A DNA stretch of 64,000 nucleotides from Telluria sp. (GTDB taxonomy: Bacteria; Pseudomonadota; Gammaproteobacteria; Burkholderiales; Burkholderiaceae_D). Of the stretch, positions 26,501 to 34,614 are shown piece after piece. The position numbers and the translations under genes were made by a program. The notes under the pieces are model-generated. The model had not been told where the DNA came from, did not search any database, and was given only the letters and a program-made list of their open reading frames with translations. The stretch is from the NCBI GenBank assembly GCA_036386755.1, contig DASVVC010000015.1, forward strand, positions 5,960 through 69,959, given 5' to 3'. The number at the start of each line of letters is the position of its first letter. Positions within the stretch are counted from its first letter, which is position 1.

Positions 26501-29500
26501 CACTGCTGCCACCGCCGAGTCCGCCACTGAGAGCAACACCGAGCCCGGTGACAATTGCAGCCATGGCGGCCATGCGGGCAAATGCCGAGTATTGGTCTCC
26601 CCCACCCTGCGTTAGCACCGCGTTGACGCCCTTGACCAGGCTTAGCGCCACTTCGGCCGCGCGCATAACGCCGACCGCAGCGGTCATGGCTTGGTAGCCA
26701 CGGGAATTTTCATTGAAATAGGTCTTCGCGGCTTCGCCCATGTCCGCGTAGGATTTAAGCTGTGCCTGAGCCCCGGAGAGCTGGGCGCTCTGTATTGCCT
26801 GAATCTTCTCCGGGTTGTCGTCGGTTAGCTTTTTAGCTGCTGCCAGTTCTTTCTCGGCACGCAACTGTCCAGCCACACCGGTCGAGTAAGCCTTGAACAT
26901 TCCCCCAATGGCCTTACCGCCTTTGCCAAAAGCATTCGAGAGGCTATCCGCGATCGAATTCCCGGCGCGCTCCCAGTCTTGAATAGCGCGATCGGCTGCT
27001 TTCTTGTGATACTGGTCAGTATCCTTCTGTTCCAGCCCGACCGCGATCCGCTCACGCTTCGCACGCAGGTCTTCCAGGTATTTAAGGGTGGCGGGCGCCT
27101 GCGCCAATTCCTCGGCAGTTGCCCCGCCGAGCGCTTGCTCAGCCATGAATTGCTGCTGGTACGCGATGGCGAGGTTCAAGCGTGCAACCTCCTCGCGCTC
27201 CACTGAAGCTAGAGAGACCTCGCGCCCAGCATTGGCGGCTTCCAGCTTCTCGGCCTCGCGGTCCAAGCCCGAGAGATATGCATTCATCGCATTATCGGAT
27301 GCAGATTCGACGGCAGCCTGTCGAAGGATTTCTTCTTGAGCCAACTCGTTCCGCTCGTATTGCGCCGCCAGTTCGGCTTTGCTCCGTTTACCGAGAAGGT
27401 CGTTGATCTCCTTGGTGTGCTTTGCCTCCTCTGCCTTTGTCGCGCTATGGTGCTCGCGCAGAATTGCGATTTTTGAGCTGTAGCCGGCAATCTCATCCGC
27501 TGCGTTGGCCTCGGCGTATGCCCTCTTGTTCTGGTAGAACTCCGCCTCGCTCATGAGGCCGGCCTTGTGTCGCATGTCATCGATTTTAGACAGGTGTTGC
27601 GACAATAACTTTTCCGCATCGACCGCATCCTGGATGCGAGCCATGCGATCGGTCATTTCGGTATTCTCCGCGCGATCTACCTTGGGCTTCGGCTCCCGGC
27701 CTTCGGTGTCACGGTAGGTCGGAGTGCCCTCGTAGATCGTGCGGTGCATTTCCACAACTTTTTTGCGGGCTGCTTCCTGTGCTACGGCACCCCCGTCCTT
27801 GGCCTTCATAAGCACTTCGGTGGCCGCTTTGGCGTAATCCGCATCCATCTTCAGACGGGCGTCTAACTCAGCTTTGTCCTTCGCCCGATTTGATGCGCGG
27901 CGCTCGCCTAGAGCTGCGTCGAAACGATTCAGCTGCCCTGATAGTTGGGCAATAGTCTCCTCATATGCCTTTTCAGTCTCCGAATTCCCCTGCGCGGTAC
28001 TTGCGCCGAACAGTGAGAACCATTTTTTGCTAAGGCTCTTACCAAGCGAATCATCGGGAGACGGCGCGGCGAAACCTTTCCCTCCGCCTGCACCCACGGC
28101 GTGTGCTGCCTCGACAGCAGCGAGCTTAGTCATGACGATGACGTTGCTGATGGAGTTGGCGATGCCAACAAAAACATCGGTCAGATTCTCGCCCCAGCGC
28201 TTCAGATCTCCATTCTCGGACATGCCCTTCATTTCAGAGTTGGCGTCCTTGAAGCCTTTACCTACAGCCATTACCGATACCGTCAGCAATTCCAGGCCGA
28301 CTTCACCAACGACCGTTTTCAAGTCGGTGATATAGCGCTGCATCGACGTAATCTGCTTGCTGGCGGTGCCCATTGCGGCCTCGTAGGTACCGGCGATATC
28401 TGCACCACGCCCCAGCACCGCATTCAGACGAGCTTGCACACGCTCGTTTTCTGTCAGCTCCTTGGTCGACTTTCCAAGCTCTTCGGCCATCTGCCGGTAC
28501 GCACTTTGAAGATTGACGTTGATACCGATATTCCGCAAAATCAGTACGTTGCCTCGAGCGATACCGTTCACCAAACGATCGAAGGCATCGCTGGAATTCA
28601 TGTGACCGATAACGGCCGCGTCCTGTGCGATGCGCGCCAGCGCGGTCGCATGCTTCAGGTCCACGTGAGCCTGTACCAGCTTTACAGCCGACTCACGCGA
28701 TTCGACCATCGTGATACCCTGCGCGGCAATCGCCTGGGTCGCCGTCATCATTTGGGTTTTGGTGTAGCCGGCATTCCGACCAACCACTTCCATCACCACC
28801 CCGAGGGTTTCGTAGCGGGCCGCGAGCAGAGCTGACTCCTTCACATACTCGCCGATCTTCAGGGCGCCATACGCAGCTGATAGCAAGCCCAGTGCACCGG
28901 TCAGCGAGATTGCGGACTTCTCCTGCTGCCCCTTCGCAGCCGCAGCCGCCTTACTGGCCTCAGTCGCGGCTTTCGTGGCGTCTTCGAACTGCTTCATCCT
29001 GTTGATGAGATCTTGCGTTTGCGTGGTAACGCCTAGCTGAGCGGCTTGATACTGCATCAGCTGCGTGCGGCTCATTCCCAGCACAGCGACTTGCTCGCGC
29101 ATCCTGTCGATAAATGCGCTTTGACCTACTGTCAGCCGGTCCGTCGACTGCCCCAAAGCCGCATTCGCCTGGGCGGTCTGACGCGCTTGGTCGGCCTGAG
29201 CCTGCATGATCTTGGCCGTGTCGTTCATCTGACCATTACTGACGGCCGTGCGCTGCCCTGTTCGCTGACTGGCCTCACCTAACGAATCGATGCTCTTGGT
29301 CGCCTCTGTGCCACGGCGCCATACATTGATGCTTGACGTGCTCAGTTCATCAACCGCCTTAGTTACGCCGACCACCCTCGGCTCCACTTTGACTGAAGCC
29401 TCGCCAAGCGCATCAACGACTTTTGTCGCGTCAACCCCGGTGCGCCCAACTTTCGAACTGGCGTCACTCAGACCATCCACCGCCTTTGTGGTGTTAATGA

Positions 29501-29609
29501 CCTTAGGCTCAACCCGAACCGCGGCATCGCCCATTGCGTCCATCGCTTTCGCACCCTCATTCATGGGTGCGCTGTTGACGACAATTCCCAGTTCAACGAG
29601 GTCGGTCAT
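23562..29609 (-). CDS. Tail tape measure protein (2015 aa)
   Basis: Very long, alpha-helical and Ala/Glu/Lys-rich. Positioned after the G/G-T chaperones. C-terminal LVGENGPELE motif. LYQQVLGRDGEKAGVDFW is a DUF4214-like motif. Confidence 0.85.
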   Translation of the reverse strand: MTDLVELGIVVNSAPMNEGAKAMDAMGDAAVRVEPKVINTTKAVDGLSDASSKVGRTGVDATKVVDALGEASVKVEPRVVGVTKAVDELSTSSINVWRRGTEATKSIDSLGEASQRTGQRTAVSNGQMNDTAKIMQAQADQARQTAQANAALGQSTDRLTVGQSAFIDRMREQVAVLGMSRTQLMQYQAAQLGVTTQTQDLINRMKQFEDATKAATEASKAAAAAKGQQEKSAISLTGALGLLSAAYGALKIGEYVKESALLAARYETLGVVMEVVGRNAGYTKTQMMTATQAIAAQGITMVESRESAVKLVQAHVDLKHATALARIAQDAAVIGHMNSSDAFDRLVNGIARGNVLILRNIGINVNLQSAYRQMAEELGKSTKELTENERVQARLNAVLGRGADIAGTYEAAMGTASKQITSMQRYITDLKTVVGEVGLELLTVSVMAVGKGFKDANSEMKGMSENGDLKRWGENLTDVFVGIANSISNVIVMTKLAAVEAAHAVGAGGGKGFAAPSPDDSLGKSLSKKWFSLFGASTAQGNSETEKAYEETIAQLSGQLNRFDAALGERRASNRAKDKAELDARLKMDADYAKAATEVLMKAKDGGAVAQEAARKKVVEMHRTIYEGTPTYRDTEGREPKPKVDRAENTEMTDRMARIQDAVDAEKLLSQHLSKIDDMRHKAGLMSEAEFYQNKRAYAEANAADEIAGYSSKIAILREHHSATKAEEAKHTKEINDLLGKRSKAELAAQYERNELAQEEILRQAAVESASDNAMNAYLSGLDREAEKLEAANAGREVSLASVEREEVARLNLAIAYQQQFMAEQALGGATAEELAQAPATLKYLEDLRAKRERIAVGLEQKDTDQYHKKAADRAIQDWERAGNSIADSLSNAFGKGGKAIGGMFKAYSTGVAGQLRAEKELAAAKKLTDDNPEKIQAIQSAQLSGAQAQLKSYADMGEAAKTYFNENSRGYQAMTAAVGVMRAAEVALSLVKGVNAVLTQGGGDQYSAFARMAAMAAIVTGLGVALSGGLGGGSSGGKSAADVQKSQGTGGVFGDIGTKQADGSTLYAQQSESISRSLAILEDHSGSLIPINRGMLAALRSIEASMKGLTNLIVRAPGITEGSNLGIKTGQLNIGKPVDGISTVMTEVTKGLFGPGLGDKIASFVNNLWGKTKQSIVDSGIQFGGSVRDLQGGKGYDQYASVDTTKSSFFGLSKKTSNAVQTAGLEGELPAQFGLVFKGVEGALTEAAAVLGVGADHVKKSLDDLTIDVTKISLKGLKGDELTAALNAVLSKTMDDMSAAVFPEMDAFRQVGEGYTETIVRLASNYATLDNALTSIGVTFGATGISSLRAREDLIAAAGGIDKFAEQTSSFADNFLTEAERLAPVQKYVNEELARLGRAGIKTRDDFKAAVLGLSEGGQLATAAGAELFSGLMAIEGAFAAVVPSLEKTKTAAEKLSERESLIDRRDDLKMTPEQLATKSRNKVDKSNWDVYDEVAGLELANKLRGLEIQNMELAGDKLGALAATRADEIKSLDPVTAELVKRRNALEDANTAAALATKNRGIEIRNMELVGNKSAALAASRAEEVVGLDASTAALIKNGHALQDQAAAAALAVGTANTALTGLKNSVGSQKDILNQQYDAQVKAIKDSAPTADTYKGQIDAAKKLTDAVKSVFDKLASALESTEIQSTAMDAARRRAAQDLLAQAAVFTRGGGTGNIAGLDEALDAISKPSEDMFATFEDYARDQNRAKASLEALQLNAKKELDFGQLTVEGLEATSKTIDAASNAQLKLLSDQHINDLARLDAIVTNGQKELDAVTGVDTSVRSLADALKEFAAAIKGVKEAPSGLSVEGLYQQVLGRDGEKAGVDFWKKAYGETVDGGEKADFIKNAQPELDAKRNGNWAEFLRSHGVPGYATGGDFGGGMRLVGENGPELEATGPARIFNAGQTRSMLSGGNPELLEEVRRLTATVARQQVAIERQQEALDKTATNTKRLADAFETVTDGNNAMRTKEQA

Positions 29610-30427
29610 TTAGTCTTCTTTCTTGTGGTGGTGGTACAGGAACAGATCGTCCAGGCGGTCAATGACTTCCTGCTCGAACGGGTCCATCGCGATCTGGTGC
29701 CGGGCTTGCCAAGCCAGAATCTCCTGGCTCGACAGCGGATTGACGTCCATGCCGTTCTGACGCCTCTTGTTCAAGCGCGTGAACCAGGTCCAGATGTATT
29801 CGAGCTCAGGCGGCAGCTGCGGCACCGGTGGCGCGGCGGCTGCCTTGTAGAACGGATTGGCGCGCGCGGCGTCGAGGTGATCGCCTTTGGCGCTGCCGTC
29901 CCCTGCCTTCTTTAGTCGGCCGAACTGGTGGCCGGCGTAGGCAAGGAGGCTTGCGACGAGACTTTCAAAAAATTGGCGTCGTCCTCCATGGCGATCTGCA
30001 CGCGCTCCTGCCAGGTTGGGTATTTATTGAAAGCCGCCTCGACCAGCGCCTTGTTGAAAGGAGCTGGCGCGCCTGCGCTGGTGAAGCCATACCAACCGAC
30101 CACCACAGCAACGGCCAGGCGCTTGTTGTTGCTATCGATGAGGCTGACCAGCTTTTCGGCGCCCTCGATCTTCGTTTCGTCGATCGCAGTGCGACGATTG
30201 GCCGAGCGTTGACGGCCTTCTGCGCGCACGGCAGCCCATTCGTTGCGGTGCTCGTCGCTGTTCTTGCCGACGATGATGAAGCCGTGGGTGGGCTCGCCGT
30301 CGTCGTCGAACATGACTGGCACCTTGAAGGTGACTTGGGCGGCGGGCGCGGTGAAGTTCGAGATGTCGAAGCCGACCGAAGCGATGGTTTGAGCGGTGTT
30401 CAGTGCAGTGTTTTGTGCGCTAGTCAT
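29610..30427 (-). CDS. Tail assembly chaperone G-T fusion via -1 programmed frameshift
   Basis: The -1 frame is open from the slippery site through 29610 (...NFF|ESLVASLLAYAGHQFGRLKK...PQLPPELEYIWTWF...). The T stop abuts the tape-measure ATG. Confidence 0.65.
29912..30427 (-). CDS. Tail assembly chaperone (gpG-like)
   Basis: Lies between the tube and tape-measure genes. Contains a slippery site near its 3' end. Start MTSAQN at 30427. Confidence 0.7.
   Translation of the reverse strand: MTSAQNTALNTAQTIASVGFDISNFTAPAAQVTFKVPVMFDDDGEPTHGFIIVGKNSDEHRNEWAAVRAEGRQRSANRRTAIDETKIEGAEKLVSLIDSNNKRLAVAVVVGWYGFTSAGAPAPFNKALVEAAFNKYPTWQERVQIAMEDDANFLKVSSQASLPTPATSSAD
29966..29972 (-). promoter_or_regulatory. 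-1 ribosomal frameshift slippery heptamer T TTT TTG
   Basis: Minus-strand AAT TTT TTG AAA in the G frame. A -1 shift enters the open T frame. Confidence 0.6.
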
Positions 30428-30453
30428 GGTTTTGAGCTTTCTGTTTTGGGAAT

Positions 30454-30480
30454 AAAAAAGGCCCACGTCTGAGGTGGGCC
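30454..30480 (-). terminator. Rho-independent terminator after the HNH gene
   Basis: Minus strand: GGCCCACC-tcagac-GTGGGCC followed by TTTTTT. Confidence 0.7.
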
Positions 30481-30507
30481 AAGCACAGGGCGCGTAGCCC
30501 TGATCGG

Positions 30508-31056
30508 TTACACGTACGACCAGAGAAAGCCGTACGCCTGTTTCAATTTGCCGTTGGCCGCGCTGGAAATGTTGCCGCCCTTGTTCTTGTTGCCAAGTGC
30601 TAATGCAGCGGCGGCGGTTGACTCGTACTCGACCTGCTCCCCAGTCTCAATTGACTTGGAGAGGATGCGCATACGTCGGCTGACCAGTCCTATGTCGATG
30701 GCGTGAGCCACATTCTCTTTTCGGGTCATCCATTCAAGATTTGTAGCCGCATTGCAGGCCTTGTCGCCATTGATGTGGTTCACGTCGTTACAACCTGTCC
30801 GGGTAGCACAGAATGCAAAGGCAACGATCCTGTGCACATTGATCGCCTCGCGGCGGCCGTCCCCGCAGATGTAGACAACGGCATAGCCGTTACAGTCAAA
30901 CCAAGTCCTCAAGACGCGCCCACGCTGCAGCCGCTTCATTGGCGTCCTGGTCTTGCTGAACGTGCTCACCATCCGATCCAGCGATCGGACGGCGCCCAAG
31001 CTGCTGACTTCGTAGGCACCCTCGGCACCTCCGACAGACTTCCATTCCTCGATCAT
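30508..31056 (-). CDS. Free-standing HNH homing endonuclease (NUMOD4 + HNH_3 + C-terminal DNA-binding motif)
   Basis: EEWKSVGGAEGAYEVSSLGAVRS (NUMOD4), HRIVAFAF...VNHINGDKACNAATNLEWMTRKEN (HNH), SAANGKLKQAYGFLWSY. Lower GC. Confidence 0.85.
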   Translation of the reverse strand: MIEEWKSVGGAEGAYEVSSLGAVRSLDRMVSTFSKTRTPMKRLQRGRVLRTWFDCNGYAVVYICGDGRREAINVHRIVAFAFCATRTGCNDVNHINGDKACNAATNLEWMTRKENVAHAIDIGLVSRRMRILSKSIETGEQVEYESTAAAALALGNKNKGGNISSAANGKLKQAYGFLWSYV

Positions 31057-31058
31057 GG

Positions 31059-32264
31059 TCAGAGGGTGGAGTCTTGAATACTTAACGTACTGCCTTCGTG
31101 TTGTGCATCAGCCCCCACATACCTGAGTACATCGAACGAACACGTGATGATCTTGTTCGTCTCGCCGTCCGAGACCTTTGCCGAGGTGATCTTGATGCGG
31201 CCCATCGCCAGGGTCATGACGTTGGCCAGCGGCGAGCTGTCGGACGCCATGCCGTAGGCCACGGACACTTCGGTCTCGGCCTTGAAGTAGTCGATATACA
31301 CTGCGTCTTGCATCAGCACCGTGAACTGGCCGGTACCCATCACCTTCCCGCGCGAGGCGGCAGTCGCGTACTTATTGCCGATGACCGGATCGATCTTTAC
31401 CTGACCGTCGATCGAGAGCGACATGCCCGTGCAGATCTGCGACGGAATGCCGTTGACGGACAGCAGAGCGGTGGCGCCGGAGAACTTGCCGTTTGTTGGC
31501 GCGGCGGCCGGGGTGGTGAAGTACGCGGCCGGCGTGGTTGGCCCTTCGAGCTTGCCCATGAACGAGATGTCGCAGCTGGTCATGCCGTTCGGCTGAACCG
31601 CCATATCCATTTTGCTGACCATGAGGTCGATGAAGGCGCGGTTGACCGAGATCGTCGGGTCTTGCACTTCGACGGTGAACCAGTCTTTCGTGTGGCCCAG
31701 GAGCGGCGTGAACGTGCGCTTACCTGGCGCGGTGACGGTGACCGTGTCGCCAGCGGCCTTGACCGTCATTGCCGAGGCGTCCATGAACTGGCCCGTCAGC
31801 ACCAGGGCGGTGACTCCGGTGACGAAAAAGTTCTTGCCGTTGTTTGCGGCGCCAGTGGTGGCAAAGCCAGTGATGCGCACGACGGTACCGGCGCGGTGCC
31901 CATCCGCCAGCCAGGAGCCGGCCGAACGGGTCAGGCCGCCTGCAGCCGACGAGATGGTGATCTGCGCGGTGGTGACGCCGCCGACGGTGAAGTCGCGGCG
32001 CAGTAGCGCGGCCATCAGCAACGAATAGGCGCCGCAGGATGCTTCGCCCTTGATGTCGCCGCTGACGCGAAAATTGCCCAGCCTGGTGTCCGTCATTTGC
32101 TGCGACGGATCGATCTCGTTCGAGCTGTACTTGTCGGCGTCGGTATCGAAGGTGCCGGTCACGCGCGGGTAGAAGCGTCCGTTGGGAGCCAGGGCCTTGA
32201 CGCCCTCGGCCGACTGTTTGCCGATGACGACTAAGGTGTCGATGCCGTTTGCGGTTGTTGCCAT
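31059..32264 (-). CDS. Major tail (tube) protein
   Basis: 401 aa, beta-rich, between the tail terminator and the chaperones. Preceded by a terminator with read-through arrangement. Confidence 0.65.
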   Translation of the reverse strand: MATTANGIDTLVVIGKQSAEGVKALAPNGRFYPRVTGTFDTDADKYSSNEIDPSQQMTDTRLGNFRVSGDIKGEASCGAYSLLMAALLRRDFTVGGVTTAQITISSAAGGLTRSAGSWLADGHRAGTVVRITGFATTGAANNGKNFFVTGVTALVLTGQFMDASAMTVKAAGDTVTVTAPGKRTFTPLLGHTKDWFTVEVQDPTISVNRAFIDLMVSKMDMAVQPNGMTSCDISFMGKLEGPTTPAAYFTTPAAAPTNGKFSGATALLSVNGIPSQICTGMSLSIDGQVKIDPVIGNKYATAASRGKVMGTGQFTVLMQDAVYIDYFKAETEVSVAYGMASDSSPLANVMTLAMGRIKITSAKVSDGETNKIITCSFDVLRYVGADAQHEGSTLSIQDSTL

Positions 32265-32288
32265 GATGGGATTGCCTTTCTTTGGTCG

Positions 32289-32313
32289 AAAAAAAAGACC
32301 GCCGAGGCGATCT
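32289..32313 (-). terminator. Hairpin + T8 upstream of the major tail gene
   Basis: Minus strand: AGATCGCC-tc-GGCGGTCT followed by TTTTTTTT. Confidence 0.6.
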
Positions 32314-32330
32314 GTGTTGGGTGGTTCTTG

Positions 32331-32732
32331 TTACAGGTTGCAGAAGTACCGGATGCGTACGGGCAGCATCCAGCGCCCGTTGTCCTCGCGGCCCTCACCA
32401 ATCTCTGGCGTGCGTTCGACCTGGACCGTGATGCCATCCTTCGTGAAGCTGGCGCCGCGGTGAAATAGGGCCCGGATCGTTTCGGCGCGCGCGCCGGCGG
32501 CGGTCGGCCCCTGCCCTGTTGGGTATTGCAGGCTGATCTGGAAGATGCCGCGCTCTTGCCGCGACGCGTCGCCCATGGCCCAGTTGTTCGGCTGCGCAGG
32601 CAGCAGGTAGACGGCCTGATACGGCTGCCCGGTCACCGGCGTGTAAGGGAAGTTCTGATTCGCGGTGTCGATGGGCGGCACGATGCTGGCCAGCGCCGTT
32701 TCCAGCGCGGCCCGGATTTTTATCTGGCTCAT
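32331..32732 (-). CDS. Tail terminator-like protein (DUF4128-type)
   Basis: 133 aa. Position and the pattern GIFQISLQYPTGQG...WMLPVRIRY. Confidence 0.55.
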   Translation of the reverse strand: MSQIKIRAALETALASIVPPIDTANQNFPYTPVTGQPYQAVYLLPAQPNNWAMGDASRQERGIFQISLQYPTGQGPTAAGARAETIRALFHRGASFTKDGITVQVERTPEIGEGREDNGRWMLPVRIRYFCNL

Positions 32733-33226
32733 GAGTAGGTCGAGAATCCTTGTGAGAAGTCCTGGGCGCTTGTGCCGGCGCGCACGCCGTTCACCGCGTC
32801 ATCCACGATCGTGCGGAACTCCACCACGGTCAAGGCTACCAAGCCGACGGGCGCCTGGCGGGACCAGCCCTCCTCGATTCGCTTGGCGTACGGGAGGTTG
32901 TTCACCAGGTAGAAGACTTGGCCAGCCTTGGCGGTGCCGATGGTGCCGGCGTGCGCAGCCAAGGTCGCGCTGCCGGTCTTGTCCACCAGGTCGACCGGTC
33001 CGGACGCTGGCGATCCGATGGATAGTTGCCAGTTGCCACGAAAACGGCCACCGGTGTAGCCCTTCGGTGGCGCGTGCTGCCAATAGGTGGCGTCACCCAC
33101 CGGCGAGCGCTGGACCAGCCGGCCGTCGATCTTCATCAGGATGGCGCGCACTGCCAGGTCCTGATTCGCTTTGGTCTTCGCGATGAACGCCGCGATCTGG
33201 AGCGAGAACGATTTGCCGGCCATCAA
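32729..33226 (-). CDS. HK97 gp10-like tail completion/neck protein
   Basis: RSPVGDATYW...GGRFRGNWQ...VNNLPYAKRIEEGWSRQAP pattern. Confidence 0.6.
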   Translation of the reverse strand: MMAGKSFSLQIAAFIAKTKANQDLAVRAILMKIDGRLVQRSPVGDATYWQHAPPKGYTGGRFRGNWQLSIGSPASGPVDLVDKTGSATLAAHAGTIGTAKAGQVFYLVNNLPYAKRIEEGWSRQAPVGLVALTVVEFRTIVDDAVNGVRAGTSAQDFSQGFSTYS

Positions 33227-33600
33227 ACACCTCGCAGCTGCAGCGTGAACAGCACAGGCACGTCAGTCGGCTCGACCTCACCGTTTGATTCAATGGTGTA
33301 GGTCTTCGGTCCGATCAGCATTAGGTCCGAGGTCGAGGGCTTTGGCATCGGCATTCCGTTACGCTGGAGCGGAGACAGCAAAAGCTGCTGATCGCCGGCC
33401 TTGATCAGCGTGCCATCGATATCCTCAGCCTTGTAGCCGAACTTAACGCCGGTGCCGTCGTAGTCGATGGTGCTGGCGTCGGTGCCGGTACCGGTGCTCG
33501 GATCGTAAGTCCCAGCCAGCACCCGGCGCAGCACCACGGTGCCGCCCTTGCGGCGCAGCGACTGGTCAGCGCGCGCGGCGGTCTTGGTGTAGTCGGTCAT
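33223..33600 (-). CDS. Head-closure / head-tail joining protein
   Basis: Start MTDYTKT with ATGA coupling; 125 aa; assigned by position in the connector block. Confidence 0.45.
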   Translation of the reverse strand: MTDYTKTAARADQSLRRKGGTVVLRRVLAGTYDPSTGTGTDASTIDYDGTGVKFGYKAEDIDGTLIKAGDQQLLLSPLQRNGMPMPKPSTSDLMLIGPKTYTIESNGEVEPTDVPVLFTLQLRGV

Positions 33601-34076
33601 TTCCAGATCCCCATGCCATAGCCGAAGCCAATGATTTGCTTGTGTAGTACGCCGATCGCATAGCACAACACCTCTTCACCATCCATCGTCGACAAGTTGG
33701 CCTTGCAAAGGCGGGCCCACGCCATTCCAGCGTGCCCGCATTCGTGCGCAATGATTTCATTCGCGTTATGGCGCAGATCGGAGGCATTCAGGAACATATC
33801 GGCAACAACGTGCCGCGGGCGCACAACGTAACGCCCGGTCACCTTGCTCATGTAGTGCCGCACCATCCCATGAAAATCTTCCGGATCTGGAAAGCCGGTG
33901 ATGAACTCGGCGGCTTTTTGCATGTGGCGCCTGGTCGGCGAAATGTAGACGCGTACCTTAAATGGCAGGCCAATGACCGGGTAGGCGGTAAAGTGTCGAG
34001 CAATTGCAGATCGTGTGGGCGCATACTCACGCTTCGTGCGAACCCGGCGCACGGGCTTGCGCAATGGATGTTTCAT
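33597..34076 (-). CDS. HExxH-motif protein (putative zinc metallopeptidase) inside the connector block
   Basis: NEIIAHECGHAGMAW contains HECGH. 159 aa with a basic N-terminus. Coupled on both sides. Confidence 0.5.
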   Translation of the reverse strand: MKHPLRKPVRRVRTKREYAPTRSAIARHFTAYPVIGLPFKVRVYISPTRRHMQKAAEFITGFPDPEDFHGMVRHYMSKVTGRYVVRPRHVVADMFLNASDLRHNANEIIAHECGHAGMAWARLCKANLSTMDGEEVLCYAIGVLHKQIIGFGYGMGIWK

Positions 34077-34588
34077 CCCCGTACCAGCTTGATTGAGTTC
34101 GAACCGCTGGCCGTGCCCAGGTACGGCGCCAGGAGCGCGTCGACGGCGACGAAGCGCTCGCGCACATCCGTGGTGTTCTGGAAGTACTCTGTTTCCAGAG
34201 GTCCGGTTTTGTCCTTCTTGATCACGTTCGAGCCCAGGTCGAGGTCAGGCATCAGATCCTCGCCGGCGCTAGAGCGCGCGGCCAAATCAATGCATGCCTT
34301 CACGACGTCGACCGGCACTACGGTACTGAGCACCGGGAAGCCGTCGACCACCACGCCGTAGCGCGGCCAGTCCAGCGCCTGGTGCTGATACATCCGGCGG
34401 CCGGCCCAGCGCGTGCGATAGATTCCCAAGAAGATCGCCGCCTTCCGCAGCGCGATCTCCTTGTTCGCCACCGTCAGCGCTACCCAGTCAGCGTTACCGA
34501 GGCCACCGAGCCGCGCATCCGCTGCGACAACGCTGGCATACGACTCAGCGCCGGCCAGGCCGGTACCGTCTTCAACGATCAAGCTCAT
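34073..34588 (-). CDS. Head-tail connector/adaptor protein
   Basis: Start MSLIVEDGTGLAGAESY is typical of gp6-like adaptor N-termini. 171 aa. Confidence 0.55.
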   Translation of the reverse strand: MSLIVEDGTGLAGAESYASVVAADARLGGLGNADWVALTVANKEIALRKAAIFLGIYRTRWAGRRMYQHQALDWPRYGVVVDGFPVLSTVVPVDVVKACIDLAARSSAGEDLMPDLDLGSNVIKKDKTGPLETEYFQNTTDVRERFVAVDALLAPYLGTASGSNSIKLVRG

Positions 34589-34614
34589 GTGCGTCTTTCG
34601 AATTTCGATGTTGA

